A stretch of DNA of 63,168 nucleotides, filler included, from Octopus bimaculoides (taxonomy: Eukaryota): assembly GCF_001194135.2 (NCBI RefSeq). It is 5 parts of 5 records of this genome, joined end to end, with 100 filler letters (N's around TTAATTAATTAA, not from the genome) between each part and the next. Parts side by side here need not be neighbours in the genome. Positions count along the whole stretch, not along the records: positions 1 to 19,522 come from NC_069001.1; 4 more parts are not named here. One strand, given 5' to 3'. The notes below the pieces were generated by a model, which worked only from the letters and a program-made list of their open reading frames with translations, did not search any database and was not told the origin of the DNA. Of this stretch, positions 1 to 14,824 are shown one piece after another. How positions within the stretch are numbered: the stretch's first letter is position 1; every line of letters begins with the position of its first letter. The position numbers and the translations under genes were made by a program.

Positions 1-2
1 TG

Positions 3-33
<31 letters not shown>

Positions 34-173
34 GTTTGCATATGAATGTATGTATGTGTGTGGATACATACACACACATATATATATCTACTCACACACA
101 CTCAATCGGTTTATAGTTGTGGCATATATGCGATGCGTCGTGTGTGTATGTATGCACGTCCATATCGTGTGTG

Positions 174-212
<39 letters not shown>

Positions 213-1654
213 CTGATGAACTTCCAGAAGGGAATGTTATAGTACTGAGAAACGCAGAAGAACGTAATAAAAACGGGACATAAATCATACCTCATTTTAC
301 ATCCCCGCCACACATACACGTATACACATTCGTGTTTGAGAGATACATAATGAGAGGGAAAATGATTGGGAGAAAGGGAAGTGTTTTGCTTCACTAGAAG
401 AGAACACCTACAACTGACAGAATATGGAGTGTGGAGTTGGTTGCGCTGAATAATTCTTGTTTTATAGATGTGCAAATTAAGTCACGTTAGTAACGTGTTT
501 CAAGGGCAATTAATAATGCCATTATATTTAAAATGACTATTTAGAATAGCAGAGACATACAATTTGCTATTAAATGAGAATATCTACTTTGGGCGTAATT
601 CTAAATGAGCAAATTAAGCATGTATCGCCATCAGTTACTTATTTTATAATAAGGTTTTACTGAACGGCTATTGTTTATGTGTTTCTTGTTAAGTGTACAA
701 ATGTATTTCTGCTAATAATAATTTAAATTATTGAAATTATCGTGAGAGATAATATGATAAGAAAAGTCGATAGTGAATAAAGCGTATGAAGTATAGTTTA
801 TACATTATCGACTTTCCGTATTCTATACGGGTTTCAGCTTATTTTTATCATGTGTATACGGAAGCACACGCGTGCAAAAACAAGCGTTTCCATCTTACAT
901 ATGTACCCTATTACATCTTGTTCACGTGGATGTGCACACATACGCGTATGTACAACTAATCAGAAGTAATCACTCACACCTTGTAGAATACAAAGTCTTT
1001 CCCTTTTGAAGTTGTTTCTACTTCTTCCATGTAGCATCAATTCATGGTTGAGAAATTTATTTCCCATTTTTATTAATCACAATAATAACAACTATTTCTG
1101 TAACTAATACTATTCAAATCTGCTCTCTGAAGAACGCCACTTTTGAAAACCTCCATCCACGCGTCTCACACTGTATTCGTGCGAAAAACATGCCATAAGA
1201 AATGGGGGTGAACAAGTGAAGAAGGTATATATGACACAGAGCTAAATACCAAAATTCGTTGGTAACTGAGCACCCAACCGGAATATTTGACCTATGCCGA
1301 TAAATATAAAACAACAGCAAAAGAAACATACCAGCTTTGAAGCTATATATATATATTGCGAAAAATAGAAGAGTTTAGATGTAACACTCGTTTCTCAATG
1401 ACCAGTTAGCAGTTTGAAGCGACGAAATATTGATACCATACTACAAACAATAAATGTTTAATTGGAGATGGCGGTATTTGAGTGCTTCTAAATGGTTACC
1501 TTGTGTCTTTCACGCAGCTATCATTTTCATATCAAAACACGATCTTAAATCAAATGACTTGTCATGCAAATATATAACCGTAGTTTCTTAATGTTAACTC
1601 ACCCTTGACATTCGATATGCAGATCAGGTTGTTAGTAATAAATCCTGGAAACAA

Positions 1655-1795
1655 GGCGGTGAAGCGGCAGAATTGTTAGCACGTCGAACAAAGCACTTAG
1701 CGCCATTTTGTCCATCTTTATACTTTGAGTTCAAATGCCGTCGCGGGGGTCAAGTATACTTTTCATCATTTCGGGGTTGATAAAATAAGCACCAC
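1655..1795 (+). mobile_element. SINE family B, diverged
   Basis: aaggcggtgaagcggcagaattgttagcacg...gagttcaaatgccg. Confidence 0.75.
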
Positions 1796-2400
1796 TTTCT
1801 TCATCGTCTAAAACTTCAGGGTCTGAGATATTTTATTATTGTATGGTGGTGAGCAGTGTGAATCGTTACTGCACGGAATATAACACTTATTGGCATTACA
1901 TTCTGAGTTTAAAAGCTACCTGGAACTACTTTGCTTTTCATCGTTTCGAGAAGGATAAAATAAGTTACCAGTCGTGCACTGGTGTAGATGTAATCGATTT
2001 GAACACATCTTCCGAAATTGCTTGCCTTGTGCTAAAAATTGAAAGCAATAAGATCTTGAAACACAATCACTAAGAGCTATTTCATTTATAATTATCCGCT
2101 ACATTACAGCATCTTTGGTCTTCTTGCACTGGATAGGTTCCGTAGTTGTTTGCTGTTCAACCAAGAACGATGCAGTAAAAACGGAGACACGATGTCCATA
2201 GTATTTTACTTGTATATATTTTATAAATCTGTGAAATATATCTTACAAAAATGACAGCGGCATTATATGAATTAATAATGCAAACAGACCGAGACGTTTC
2301 TTGACGTCATGTCATGTCCCACGTCTTATCAACTTTGCCAATAGGCATAATTGTGTGTTGTGTGTGTGTATGTGCATGTATTTTTACTCACACACACACA

Positions 2401-2482
<82 letters not shown>

Positions 2483-2492
2483 NNNNNNNNNN

Positions 2493-2961
2493 CTTCGACA
2501 TAAATAAAGCGACATAAAGCTCAACATAACAGAAGTATTAATAAGATACAAGCATGTAGACATATATATATTTTCATAAACCGCAAATATCTAAAAATAT
2601 TTTTAAACATTTATAAATACATAGGCAGTTTTATATGTTTTTATATATTTTTAAATATCTAAGTGTTTTTAAATATTCTAAGTACTTGTATTCTGACCTC
2701 TAAATTTTTATTCCTATATAGTATATCGTGTGAACTTATAATTCACTATGTTTTATATAATATCGACGTTTTTATATCTTATGATGTGTATATTTTGTAT
2801 TTATTTTGCCTATATATTTAAAAAATGCCTATGTATTTATAAATGTTTAAAAATATTTTTAGATAGTTGTGGTCTTTTAAAAATATGTATATGTCTATAT
2901 GCTTGTATCTTATTAATGCTTCTGTTATGTTGAGCTTTATGACGCTTTATTAATGTTGAAG
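2493..2961. mobile_element. AT-rich fold-back/MITE-like element
   Basis: Arms 2493-2627 and 2826-2961 are imperfect reverse complements (cttcgacataaataaagcgacataaagctc / gagctttatgacgctttattaatgttgaag). The left end abuts a 10-N gap. Confidence 0.75.
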
Positions 2962-3135
2962 TAAGTGGGCAAATATAATGTATATTCTGCTGGATAATAG
3001 GTCGTGTCCCTCTAGTTTTTCGCTCGTATTCCCTCCACTGAAATTATAAACTTGAACTTAGCTCAGCTTGAACACTTTGATTCTAGCCTATCTACGAGTA
3101 ATTTTAATCAATAACAATATCTATAAAACAATATA

Positions 3136-3171
<36 letters not shown>

Positions 3172-3659
3172 GCATGTGTGTGTGTGTGTATGTGTGTGTG
3201 CTTGTTTAAATTGGGAGCAGTTATTCTCAGAGTCTCTAAGATGCCATTCAATCAGCGATGAAAATAGAATCAAATTACACACTAAACATTTCAGATTTCA
3301 GTTCATTCACTTTTAATGCTTCTCTTATGTTGCTGTGCACTTAGCTGTTTGTGTTGATCAGCCCAAATCATTCTCCTTTCTTGTCGTAATAATATTTTAA
3401 GTAGGAATAACTGTACAATGTTTCCGGAAAACATGAGGCTGAGAGTTTAAGATATTTTCTGTTTATTTCTTTCATATCACGAGTCCGTTTTGTTCAACCA
3501 CATTTCTCGTACTTCTTGAATATAATGAGTCTGTATACCCTATAGTATTTTCCTTCCAGTTATTGTTTTTGTTACTTTGATTATTAGCAATAGGTCAGCT
3601 ATGATTTAATAAACAATTTGAAAAACGCGTTTAGCTATGCAAATCGCGTCCTGCTTTCA

Positions 3660-3850
3660 CTGATTGACTATCCAGGTCTGTTAGTTCATTTTCAAGAATG
3701 TATTTGTAAAGACTAATATTTGTAACAGATTTAAGGACCACATAGAAGGTCCCTCATTACGAAATACTTTGATAGATGGACACCAAAACTATATTTGTCA
3801 ATATGAAAGAATCTGCGAAGCTTTAGAACTGATCCGCATATATTCAAACA
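3660..3850 (+). mobile_element. Possible decayed GIY-YIG endonuclease fragment (PLE)
   Basis: One frame reads KTNICNRFKDH...ERICEALELIRIYSNRD, resembling the R..EH and EA..I....NRD motifs. Weak. Confidence 0.3.
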
Positions 3851-4634
3851 GGGACAATCCATCAGTAATGGTTTCAAATTTTGGCACAAGGCCAGCAGTT
3901 TTTGCGGGAAGGTGTTAAATCGACTTAATCGATCCTAGTGTTCATCTGGTGCTTATTTTATAGACCCCAACAGTATGAAAGTCAAACTGAATCCTGGCAG
4001 AATTTGAACTATAACGTAAAAAGGAGGGAAATGAAGCAAAGCATTTTCCTTGAAACAATTGCAGATGCTTCTCTTAAAGATCTACGTGTTATCACGTGTT
4101 TATTTCAATGTCGATCTGCAAAACTTTAGCTCCTCGTAACACTACTTCATTAAGGTTAATACTTAAATTATGTCACTAATCTTGTTGCAAAATTAAGGTT
4201 TTTTTTTTTATCAAAGCGTATCAGGTTCTATATTAATTTAAATCTATAAATCATGTTTACGACTTCATTCTATACTTAAGCTTGGGGACTAAAACTCGAA
4301 CATAATTCGTTCCGTTAATCATTCATTCTATATCTATTTTCTTCAAGCGCTAAGGTAGTTAGTAGTGTAACCCTGTCGTGAGAAGGTGAAAAATAATATA
4401 TAATATTCAACTCAAAATGGCATTTTCTTTCCCTAATAACGATATTTTATCGTTATTTCTCTATTTAATTCTCTCTGCTGTGCATTAAATATGCTGAAAT
4501 CTTGTTCGTAATAATTTTCGATGCTTCCTATCTATCAAACAACGGATTATTTAATCCCAGATTAACACAGATCGAGAATTTCGCTCGAATGCGTTACTTC
4601 TGCAAGTAAACCGTTAATTTTAGGGCATGTAATA

Positions 4635-4840
4635 CAATAATCCCTCTACTATCTCGGGGGTTACGTTCGAAAACTTCCTACGGAAATAACTTAAGATCCA
4701 CAGAAATGTAATTACCTATCGGCCGCAGAAGCCCACGACACACTGAGGAGTCTGCAATATAAATTTACATATATTATCCAGAAAATCCGTGATATACTGA
4801 GCGCGCGATCGGTGAACCGCAATATAGCGAGAGATTACTG
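4635..4840. mobile_element. Tigger/pogo-type MITE
   Basis: ta|caataatccctctactatctcgg ... ccgcaatatagcgagagattactg|ta: imperfect TIRs and TA flanks. Confidence 0.7.
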
Positions 4841-5365
4841 TACTATAACATTTGTTGGACCGTTCCATTTCTATAGTGCTCAGGTTTGATTTTGTGGACA
4901 TGTGGCAGTTATTTCCAGCCGGTGCAACGACAGGTGAATGCTTTTGTATTTCCATAAACAATATGTGTATTAGTAAGCTAGAATCTTAAAGCATTTCAAA
5001 ACAATATTCTATACTTTTGTTATCCTACCAGGTATAGATTTTGTTTCATTTTATTAACAATATCATATGTAAATTATAAAGTCTCTTCACATCTTATTGC
5101 GCCAAAATTCCCGAAATATAGTTGTGTTTCTATTTATAAGACACACAAACAAAATCAGTATGATCTTCAACTCATAATAATCTCAATTTAAATTTTGGCT
5201 CTTCCCGTATTAAATGTACAGACATCCATTTACAGCTTATATTAATTTGTCCAGGAACTTACCACTTTAATCATTCATTTAATTTTGAATAAGAATAAAG
5301 CAATTTCGTAATATGAAAGAATTAACAGTTTTTATTTCTGCATCCAGACTTATATATATATATAT

Positions 5366-6293
5366 NNNNNNNNNNNNNNNNNNNNNNNNNNNNNNNNNNN
5401 NNNNNNNNNNNNNNNNNNNNNNNNNNNNNNNNNNNNNNNNNNNNNNNNNNNNNNNNNNNNNNNNNNNNNNNNNNNNNNNNNNNNNNNNNNNNNNNNNNNN
5501 NNNNNNNNNNNNNNNNNNNNNNNNNNNNNNNNNNNNNNNNNNNNNNNNNNNNNNNNNNNNNNNNNNNNNNNNNNNNNNNNNNNNNNNNNNNNNNNNNNNN
5601 NNNNNNNNNNNNNNNNNNNNNNNNNNNNNNNNNNNNNNNNNNNNNNNNNNNNNNNNNNNNNNNNNNNNNNNNNNNNNNNNNNNNNNNNNNNNNNNNNNNN
5701 NNNNNNNNNNNNNNNNNNNNNNNNNNNNNNNNNNNNNNNNNNNNNNNNNNNNNNNNNNNNNNNNNNNNNNNNNNNNNNNNNNNNNNNNNNNNNNNNNNNN
5801 NNNNNNNNNNNNNNNNNNNNNNNNNNNNNNNNNNNNNNNNNNNNNNNNNNNNNNNNNNNNNNNNNNNNNNNNNNNNNNNNNNNNNNNNNNNNNNNNNNNN
5901 NNNNNNNNNNNNNNNNNNNNNNNNNNNNNNNNNNNNNNNNNNNNNNNNNNNNNNNNNNNNNNNNNNNNNNNNNNNNNNNNNNNNNNNNNNNNNNNNNNNN
6001 NNNNNNNNNNNNNNNNNNNNNNNNNNNNNNNNNNNNNNNNNNNNNNNNNNNNNNNNNNNNNNNNNNNNNNNNNNNNNNNNNNNNNNNNNNNNNNNNNNNN
6101 NNNNNNNNNNNNNNNNNNNNNNNNNNNNNNNNNNNNNNNNNNNNNNNNNNNNNNNNNNNNNNNNNNNNNNNNNNNNNNNNNNNNNNNNNNNNNNNNNNNN
6201 NNNNNNNNNNNNNNNNNNNNNNNNNNNNNNNNNNNNNNNNNNNNNNNNNNNNNNNNNNNNNNNNNNNNNNNNNNNNNNNNNNNNNNNNNNNNN
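5366..6293. other. Assembly gap (other large gaps: 25160-25496, 28441-29406, 33759-34021, 38001-38550, 43466-43804, 44663-45243, 48613-49150)
   Basis: Runs of N. Confidence 1.
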
Positions 6294-6587
6294 TATATAT
6301 ATATATATATATATATATCAGAGCACACTTAACACTATGCTTTGTTCTTCCGTTTCGTTGCACTCACTTTTGTGCTCCAAATAAGTATACGTATAAAGCT
6401 CCGCTGTGTTTATCGACTTGACTGGCTCCAGGACACTTCGATGACGTATGTTCTTATAGCTAACTTGATAAAGTAGGTGGAGTTTAAGTCCCCATCCATT
6501 TGAACATTACTTTGTATTATCTATACTGTACTTATTTTACTTCTTCCTCTCTTACTCAGTCACCCAATCACTGTGTGTGCGTGTATG

Positions 6588-6639
<52 letters not shown>

Positions 6640-6687
6640 TATACACACATATATGTTTATATATGCACATACACACACGCACATATA

Positions 6688-7890
6688 TATGGGTTGAACA
6701 AAATGATGGAAACACCTAGCATCATTATTTTGAAACATCTATATAACCGTCAAAAGCTTTTTATGTTTTGGGGATTTATTATTAGTGTTGCTTAATATGT
6801 TTTGCTAAAATTGCTCTTTCTGTTCAGATATCATCAGAAAAAGCTAATTAAAATTCATTAAAATGAGAGATATATTCGTCTTTCAAAGAAGTCAATTTGT
6901 TGGTGCTCGCATGGCAGGAGCTAGCGTAACGTAAACAGCTGTAATGTTTGGTATATCAAGAAGTACTGTCATTGAGAGTAATGAGAGGGCTTGAGAAAGA
7001 GGGAAAACTTTCCTCGTCGAAACAAAACTTCGGAAGCAAATCAAAACTGTAAGATGGGGACCGTCGGAGTCTTGTGCTAATTATTAGAAAGGATCACAAA
7101 AGTACAGCTCTCAAAATTACTGCAGAGCTTAATAACCACCCCGATAACCCAGTTTCCACAAAAACTGTTCGCCGAGAGCTGCAACCAGAAAACCACTACT
7201 TTCAAAAACAAACGTTGCAAAGCGTTTAGAGTGCAGCAAAAACCTACAGAGCTCGTCCCTAGACCAGTGGAAGAATGTTATTTTCTCGGACGAGTCAACC
7301 TTTACCTTATTTCTGACCGTCGGACGAGTATACGTGTGGAGACAGCCAAAGGAAGCATTTGACCGAGACTGTTTTGTTCCAACTGTTAAACATGGAGAAG
7401 GATCTACGATGATTCGGGGATCATATCTTAGAAATCCGCAGGCCCAATGATTTCCCTTCATGGCTGAATTAATAGTCAAGACTATTCAAGCATTTTATTT
7501 CATCAAATTAATCCATGTTTTGCCGAACTGTTTTTAGAGGGAAACGCAATCTTTCAGGAAGTTGTTACTGAATGGTACGCGGAATATTCTAGTGAAGTCG
7601 AACATCTTATCGTGTCACCACAGTCCCCAGATCTCAATATCAATGGACATTTATGGGGCATTTTAGAAAATCAAGTAAGGAATCGATATCCTCCATCATC
7701 ATTACTACAAGAAATGAAGACTGTTTTAGCTAAAGAATGGACAAAATTTCGTTTGGAAACAATTCAATCTTTGTACGAGTCTACACTTGTAGAATTCAAG
7801 CTGCAATTATTGCGAAAGGTGTTCCTACCTCATATTAAAGAATTTTTTGGGGAAATTATAAGGTGTTCTCATTATTTTGTACAACCTCTG
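6688..7890 (+). mobile_element. Tc1-family DNA transposon, near full length, inactive
   Basis: TIRs gggttgaacaaaatgatggaaacacc / ggtgttctcattattttgtacaacctctg|ta. Transposase relics MRDIFVFQRSQFVGARMAGASVT (ATG 6863), FSDES..., VKHGEGS, SPDLN..HLW. Confidence 0.9.
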
Positions 7891-7989
7891 TATATATATA
7901 CATAGATATATGTCGTGTGCCTGTGTGTGTGTGTGTGTCTGTGTGTAAGTATAATACAACGTGGGCAAAAGTCAAGCACAAAATAGTTC

Positions 7990-8852
7990 AATACTTTCCA
8001 GAATTGTAAAAGACATGCTCCAAATTTTCTAAAATATATAAGAAATAAAAAAAAAATAATGGCAGATAGCAGCACATGGTTGCGCACGCAATGAGTGCTA
8101 GCAGTGGCATTCAGGAGGCAGTGTGCCGAGTGATATCTCTGTGTTTACTTCGAAAAAGGTGAAATCTGTGTTTTTGTGATCACGTGTAAGGTATAGTCTG
8201 CGATTTCGTCATGGACAGGAAATTGGAACAAAGACCCAACGTGAAATTTTGTGATAAACCTGGGAAACATGCGCCAGAGACATTCAACGTTCTTCGGCAA
8301 GCTTAGGACGCCGAGACAATGGGTTGTACACAGTGTTTCGAGTGACATGGGTGCCTTGAAAGCTGCAGAACGTGACTTTGCCTCCCGAAATGTATTGTGC
8401 ATCGAGAATTCGACCCCCAGGCCCAGAACGTCAATCAAAAGTTCTCCTGCAACATTTTGAAGTGTTTGAGGGAGAATATTCGGCGAAAGCGACAGGACCA
8501 GTGAAGCGCGAAAACTGGATTCTTTGCAAGGACAACGCAGCCTGTCACCGAGGTCTGCTAAAACAACATGGTATCGCTTCCGCAGCTGCGAATTCCATTT
8601 TACTCCAAGATGAAAACGCAGGACAAAGGCCGCTGTTTTGACATCGTTATCGAGATTCTGAGCGAATTGCAGTGGGTCCTCGCCTCGCTTATGGACAATG
8701 AGTTCCAGGCCGGATTCCTAAACTAGCAGCAACGCCCAGATCGGTGTATTGCTGCACAAGGTTAGTATTTCGAAGATGATGCTAAAACTTATGTAAATAA
8801 GTTAGTTTTTATCAAACATAATTAATCTGTGAGCTTTATGATACTCCCTCGA
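7990..8852 (+). mobile_element. mariner-family element, internally deleted
   Basis: MDRKLEQRPNVKFC... from ATG 8211, ILCKDNAACH (HDNA-like), right TIR gagctttatgatactccctcg. Left boundary uncertain. Confidence 0.85.
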
Positions 8853-9260
8853 ATACGTGCAAAGCGTCACGATCTGAAACCGAAGAACGAACTATAGAAT
8901 TTTAAATTGAAAACGCAAGCGCAGATGTATTCATAAGAGCAAGCGTATATATAAGAAAGACGTTACGAAAGGAAATACATTGCTCACCAGGACAAAAGAG
9001 GAAACCAGGTTACATTTGTTACGTAATATTTAACATGACACAAATCGCAATTCTCGAAAAATATAAATGAATATTCTATTTAGGAGGCAAATAAACGTTT
9101 TTAATGGAGGAAAACACCTGATCGCTAGTAACCCTCGTAAATAGGTGTATATATGTATGTGTGTGTGTGTGTGAGTGCGTGTATACTTGCATGTGCGTGT
9201 CTCTGTATATATGTGTGTAAGTATATTAGTGTGTGTTAATATATCCGCGCGCTTACACTC

Positions 9261-9336
<76 letters not shown>

Positions 9337-9417
9337 CATACATGTTTACACATGCATACTTATATCTATACATATCTATCCATTTGTCTGTCTGTATTTC
9401 AGTCTAACTCTTCACGT

Positions 9418-9458
<41 letters not shown>

Positions 9459-9529
9459 ATTCCCTCCTCGATATATATATCTGCATTTGGGTCTCTGTGT
9501 ATTTGTAGTTCGATATGTGCGTGTATGTG

Positions 9530-9560
<31 letters not shown>

Positions 9561-10135
9561 ATTCGTATTGCTGTATCTAAATGTATATAAATATATACAT
9601 ATATATTATATATACATTTACATACAATTATACGAATACACACAGACACATACACATACAAAACCCAAGTATAGGTACAGGGAGTCCGAGATGCAGATAC
9701 AGGCAGCGATAATTGCAGAAAGACATAAATTATTTAGTGGGTGGAGGGTTGAAATACACTTCAAACACCAATAACAATTCCTGTTATGGAAATATCATTT
9801 GCTTTTAGAATTCAATATAATCGTTTATGAATATAACTTAATAGTAAATAGCAGAATTTAGCACCACTTTCATACGGCATGTTCTACTACATTTCTATAT
9901 ATATTGATGCCCTTTTATTTTCTTCGATTATTTTCGATATTGTGTTGCTCTTGTTTTTGATCTTTATGTGTCTTATTCTGTGTATTGCAATGTTTGTAGT
10001 CTGTGCAATACAGTTATCATCAAAAATTCACTCAGCAAACTCTACCATAATTTCCTCTCTATTATTATCCACCCTGCTGTCTAATTTCCTTTCCTAATCC
10101 ATTGCAGATTCATCTTCCCAACAGTTTGCGCATAC

Positions 10136-10238
<103 letters not shown>

Positions 10239-11354
10239 TATCTGTGTGTGTGTACGCACACATACACACAGCTCACACACCGTCACACAGACATTCACAC
10301 AGACAAACACTTATATTCATAAAATAACAAAGAACATTAAAATAAGAGCATATAAATATATAAAACATATATATAGGTATTCAGAGATTCTCACACATGT
10401 ATCAATCTAGAATAGATAAATTTTATATGAAATGTTTGTATGTGTATCTATCTATCTCTCTCTCTCTATATATATATATATGTCTACATATCTATCTATA
10501 TGTACACACGTACAGACACTCACACACATACACATATTCATATGTGTGTCTGTTTGTATGCTCGCACAAACACACATATATATATACCTATGTACATTAC
10601 GTGTGTGTTGTTTTTGTTTACGTATGTATGTGTGTATAAGCAAATAATATGATTGAACGTTATTCTCTGTTCAGAAAAAATCGGAATTTTTCTATTTCTT
10701 TACTTTTAATCATTTGCCGTGATGAAGTCAACCAGTTCGTAAACCAAACTTAAAATAATAATCATATAATTGTACCATTTTGTCTCATGTATCCGCCTTA
10801 TCATATTTGGGTTATTTTCTTCTTTTACAGCCTAGCATGTTTTGTACATGGGTCTTCTTTCATATATCACCATGACTCGTTCTACTGTGTAATATTATTC
10901 ATCGTGGCCCAACCCAAACAATGCCTTATACATAGTATCTACGATGAAGAAGATTACAGCAATGAATCTTTTGCTTTTGCACAGACGATAGTTGCGATAC
11001 TATTATGCTTTTATTTGGGAGTACTTGTAATTATTCGAGCAATCGCGTTGTAGATGCAGTTTCATAACTTGCTTATTAATATGATTACGAAGTTTCGATT
11101 GTGGTCTTGTGTGGCATCTCCTCGCAGGAAATTCTTCGGTATATTCATGTTTCAGTGCCAACATACGGTAATAGTTATCCGGCACAATTTATCCTACTTT
11201 TATCATATCTCCGTGGAGCGCAGTTGCATCCCGCGTATATGTTGCATGATGCTTTTCGATGGCCTACAATTTTACAATTTTAACACCAGTATATATTTTG
11301 ATACCTCTACATATATGTGTTCTGCATTCTAACACACCGCGCTATATATATATA

Positions 11355-11525
11355 TTGAGTGAGCAACTGTATTACTGAAATTCTAATCACTTTTCCGTAA
11401 TCTCCAAAATAAAAATAAATTAGAACCCAACAAGCCTTCGAAATACAATACCTATCCTATGTATGCATATATATATACAGTTAGGTATGTATGTATATAG
11501 GTTTGCATGCATATTTACATATGTA

Positions 11526-11568
<43 letters not shown>

Positions 11569-11709
11569 AGTGAGCAACTGTATTACTGAAATTCTAATCA
11601 CTTTTCCGTAATCTCCAAAATAAAAATAAATTAGAACCCAACAAGCCTTCGAAATACAATACCTATCCTATGTATGCATATATATATACAGTTAGGTATG
11701 TATGTATAT
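11355..11709. repeat. Perfect 144-bp direct duplication (period 211)
   Basis: 11355-11498 is identical to 11566-11709, and each copy is preceded by (TA)n. Confidence 0.9.
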
Positions 11710-12318
11710 TCACAAATATATGCACATACATAAATACATACGGACACGCACACACACTCGCATACACTCACTAACATATACCGGGGTATGTACGTGTTTT
11801 TTTTTTAGTGTATATATGTATTAATGCGCATACAAATATTCTTGAGACCTTAGCGAGTTTAGATTGAATATAGCATTCATATCAGTGAGGTGAAATAACA
11901 ACTGCCAAAAGATTGAAAATTTCATAACGTTTCCGTTAGGTGGTAGAGTCAATGATATAAAAAAGTAAAGTCTAAAAAAAATAATTCAAGAAAAATTCCA
12001 TTTCATTATGGCATTTGAAGAATATGAATTATAGAATCGAATATCAATATATGTGGTAGTGGAGGTGCACATCAGTTGAAATATTTCCATCTGTACTCAA
12101 ATAAACAACAATATGTAGACGATATCTGCTTAAAAAAATTAACTATATTAACCAGATCTATTAAAGCCTGTGTATGTTTGTGCAAGCGAATATGTGCGCG
12201 CGTGAGAGAGTATGTGAGTGTGCATGCGTTTGTGTGCTTATGTATACGTATGCATGAATATATACGTAGACATATTGATGTGTTTGTTCACGTATGTAGT
12301 TATGTATCTACTTAAATC

Positions 12319-12560
<242 letters not shown>

Positions 12561-12877
12561 GATAATATTAAGCTTAAAACTTATAAGCGCTCACTGTGTA
12601 TTGACTAAAGGAAATAGTTTAATACTTTTTCCTTAGAGGGTTTATATGTCCCAATATCAGACTATTATCGTTAGTCAATACATGGTGATCGCTGAGAAGC
12701 TTTCAGCTGTAAGCTTATAAAATATTATTACTATTTTCATATATATATATATATATATATATGGAGAGAGAGAGAGAGAGAGGGACAGAGAGAAAGAGAT
12801 ACTTAGATATATGTATACACACAGACACACAAGCACACACAAACACACACACACACACACACACACATATGTATATA

Positions 12878-13430
12878 CAGGGTGTCCCAAAACAACGTAC
12901 TCACATGTTGACTCACCATAGCTCATTGAATTGTCCAATGATTTTCAGATTAATTTGACCCTAAAAATGGCAGAAGTATGACTAAATTCTGAATTATGAT
13001 AATATATCATAAAGTGCTATTGGAATTATGAAAATATCTTGGAAGTGCAAAGACAATCTAGAGGACAGTTTCACAAATATCCACTAATGCAATTCACCTT
13101 TACTCGCATCAGGTAACTTTGAATCAGATGGAACTGTGTATAACGTCCATAGGTATCATTCACGAAGACCACGGTCATCAACCGGCCCCACAAAGACAGA
13201 ACAATTGCTGGAAAACCTCTGGCAATCCCCACAGAATTCTGCATGAGAAATGGGTCGTGAGGTGGGAATCCCATAAAAATACGCCCATCGCATTTTAAAG
13301 TGATTTGGTTGGAAAGGGTACACTCCAATATTAAGATACACTCTAAATGAAGACGATATATATATAGGTTCCAAGGATCGAGGTGTAGGAAGAATGTTAG
13401 CTTCAAGCAATCTGCAGTAAACATAAAAGA
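12878..13430 (+). mobile_element. 5' fragment of a Tc1/mariner-superfamily element (CAGGGTG-type TIR)
   Basis: ta|cagggtgtcccaaaa terminus followed by a decayed HTH-like coding stretch. No right TIR found. Confidence 0.45.
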
Positions 13431-14824
13431 CAACTCACAGGAACAGTAGAAGTTTATTGAGTCGGAACGTTGTGGAGTTTTTTGTATCGAAGTACGATAG
13501 TCTGAAAAAAATTATTTTATATTTCACGGTAGCCAACCAGGGGTGCAGGGTATGCGAGTAAGAATACTAGAGTTAAGGAAAGGAGTAGATAAGAGCCGGG
13601 CTACATATGTTTCATAGCGAGCGGATCCTCGGAGGTGGTAAATATCCAAGCGAAGTGTATACCGCAGGATACGCATCAGGCCAAGGATATCTTGATTAAG
13701 TGAAAGTTTATCTTGTCTCAAGGTGGTACATGTTAAACAAGGAAGGTTTGATCAGAATGTGTAGAGAATACAGTAAAAGAGGAGACTATAAACGTGGAGA
13801 GAAAACAGGAATGTAAAAAAGAAAACAGAAAAGAATAAAAGTAATAAAAAAATTAAGTGGGAGAGAGTTAAAGAATTTAAGTAAGGTCATTTGACCGGTA
13901 GTTCTTAATTGAAAACTGTGTGTGTGTGTTGGGTAGTGTTTATCTTTGTATAGGTATATTAGCTTTCATAAGCTGGTGCACATCTTTAATGAGCATTGCA
14001 ATACATTCTGTCTATGCATTGATTATTTCTGAAGCAATACTATACTTGCTGTAATCGCTAAGCTGAATATCCTTGACAGAACGGACGACAAGAATGGTTT
14101 TGAATTATAAGAGTAATCTGTCAGAGATTCTTCCTCATAATTCACCTTCAAGTAATTTCTTTTACACAAGGTTTTCAAGTAAGTACAAATAAACAGCATG
14201 TATTTGGATCAAATACGGCATCTGATAAATGTCATTGCTTTAGTCAGTCGTACGTAGATAAACGCACATGGACAAGCGGGTACACTTTTCAGATTATACT
14301 GTTGCAGTTTCCCGTGTCCTTGACCAGGGAGATTCAGTTACGCGGCTTAGGAATACTTAGACGAAAATGAGTAGCAGTAGATGGTGGGGAAGACTTCAAA
14401 AAATCTCCTATGATGTGCAGGTTTAACTAAGGACCGGAAAAATTAGCATACTTTGATATGCGTACGAGCGAAACAAAACTTTCTCACTTACGGTTTACAT
14501 GAATTTAAATATAATGGTTTCAAAGTTTGGTACAATGCCAACACTTTGCTGTGAGAGGCTAAGTCGATTAAATCAACTCCACTGCTCAGCTGGTTCTTAT
14601 TTTATCGAAAGGATGGAAAGCAAAATCGACTTCAGCGGAATTTGAACTTTGGACGTGAAGACTTAAGAAATACTGCTAATTACAATATATAATATTATAA
14701 AATACTCGAGCGCTCGTGTGTGTGTTTGTGTGCCTTATGTGTATCGATTGGGACATGCAATATATCCCAACAATTTACTGAAGTAATAAGAATAGATACA
14801 TAATATTTCATACAGAAAACATTA

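Noticed and set aside
213-256. CTGATGA...GAAAC near the window start as a hammerhead
   Set aside because: The stem II hairpin does not abut GAAA, and no stem I or NUH triplet pairs. At best a very decayed relic.
5279-6363. Long ORFs of 130-355 aa in the ORF track (here and at other gaps)
   Set aside because: They are composed of X residues from N gaps.
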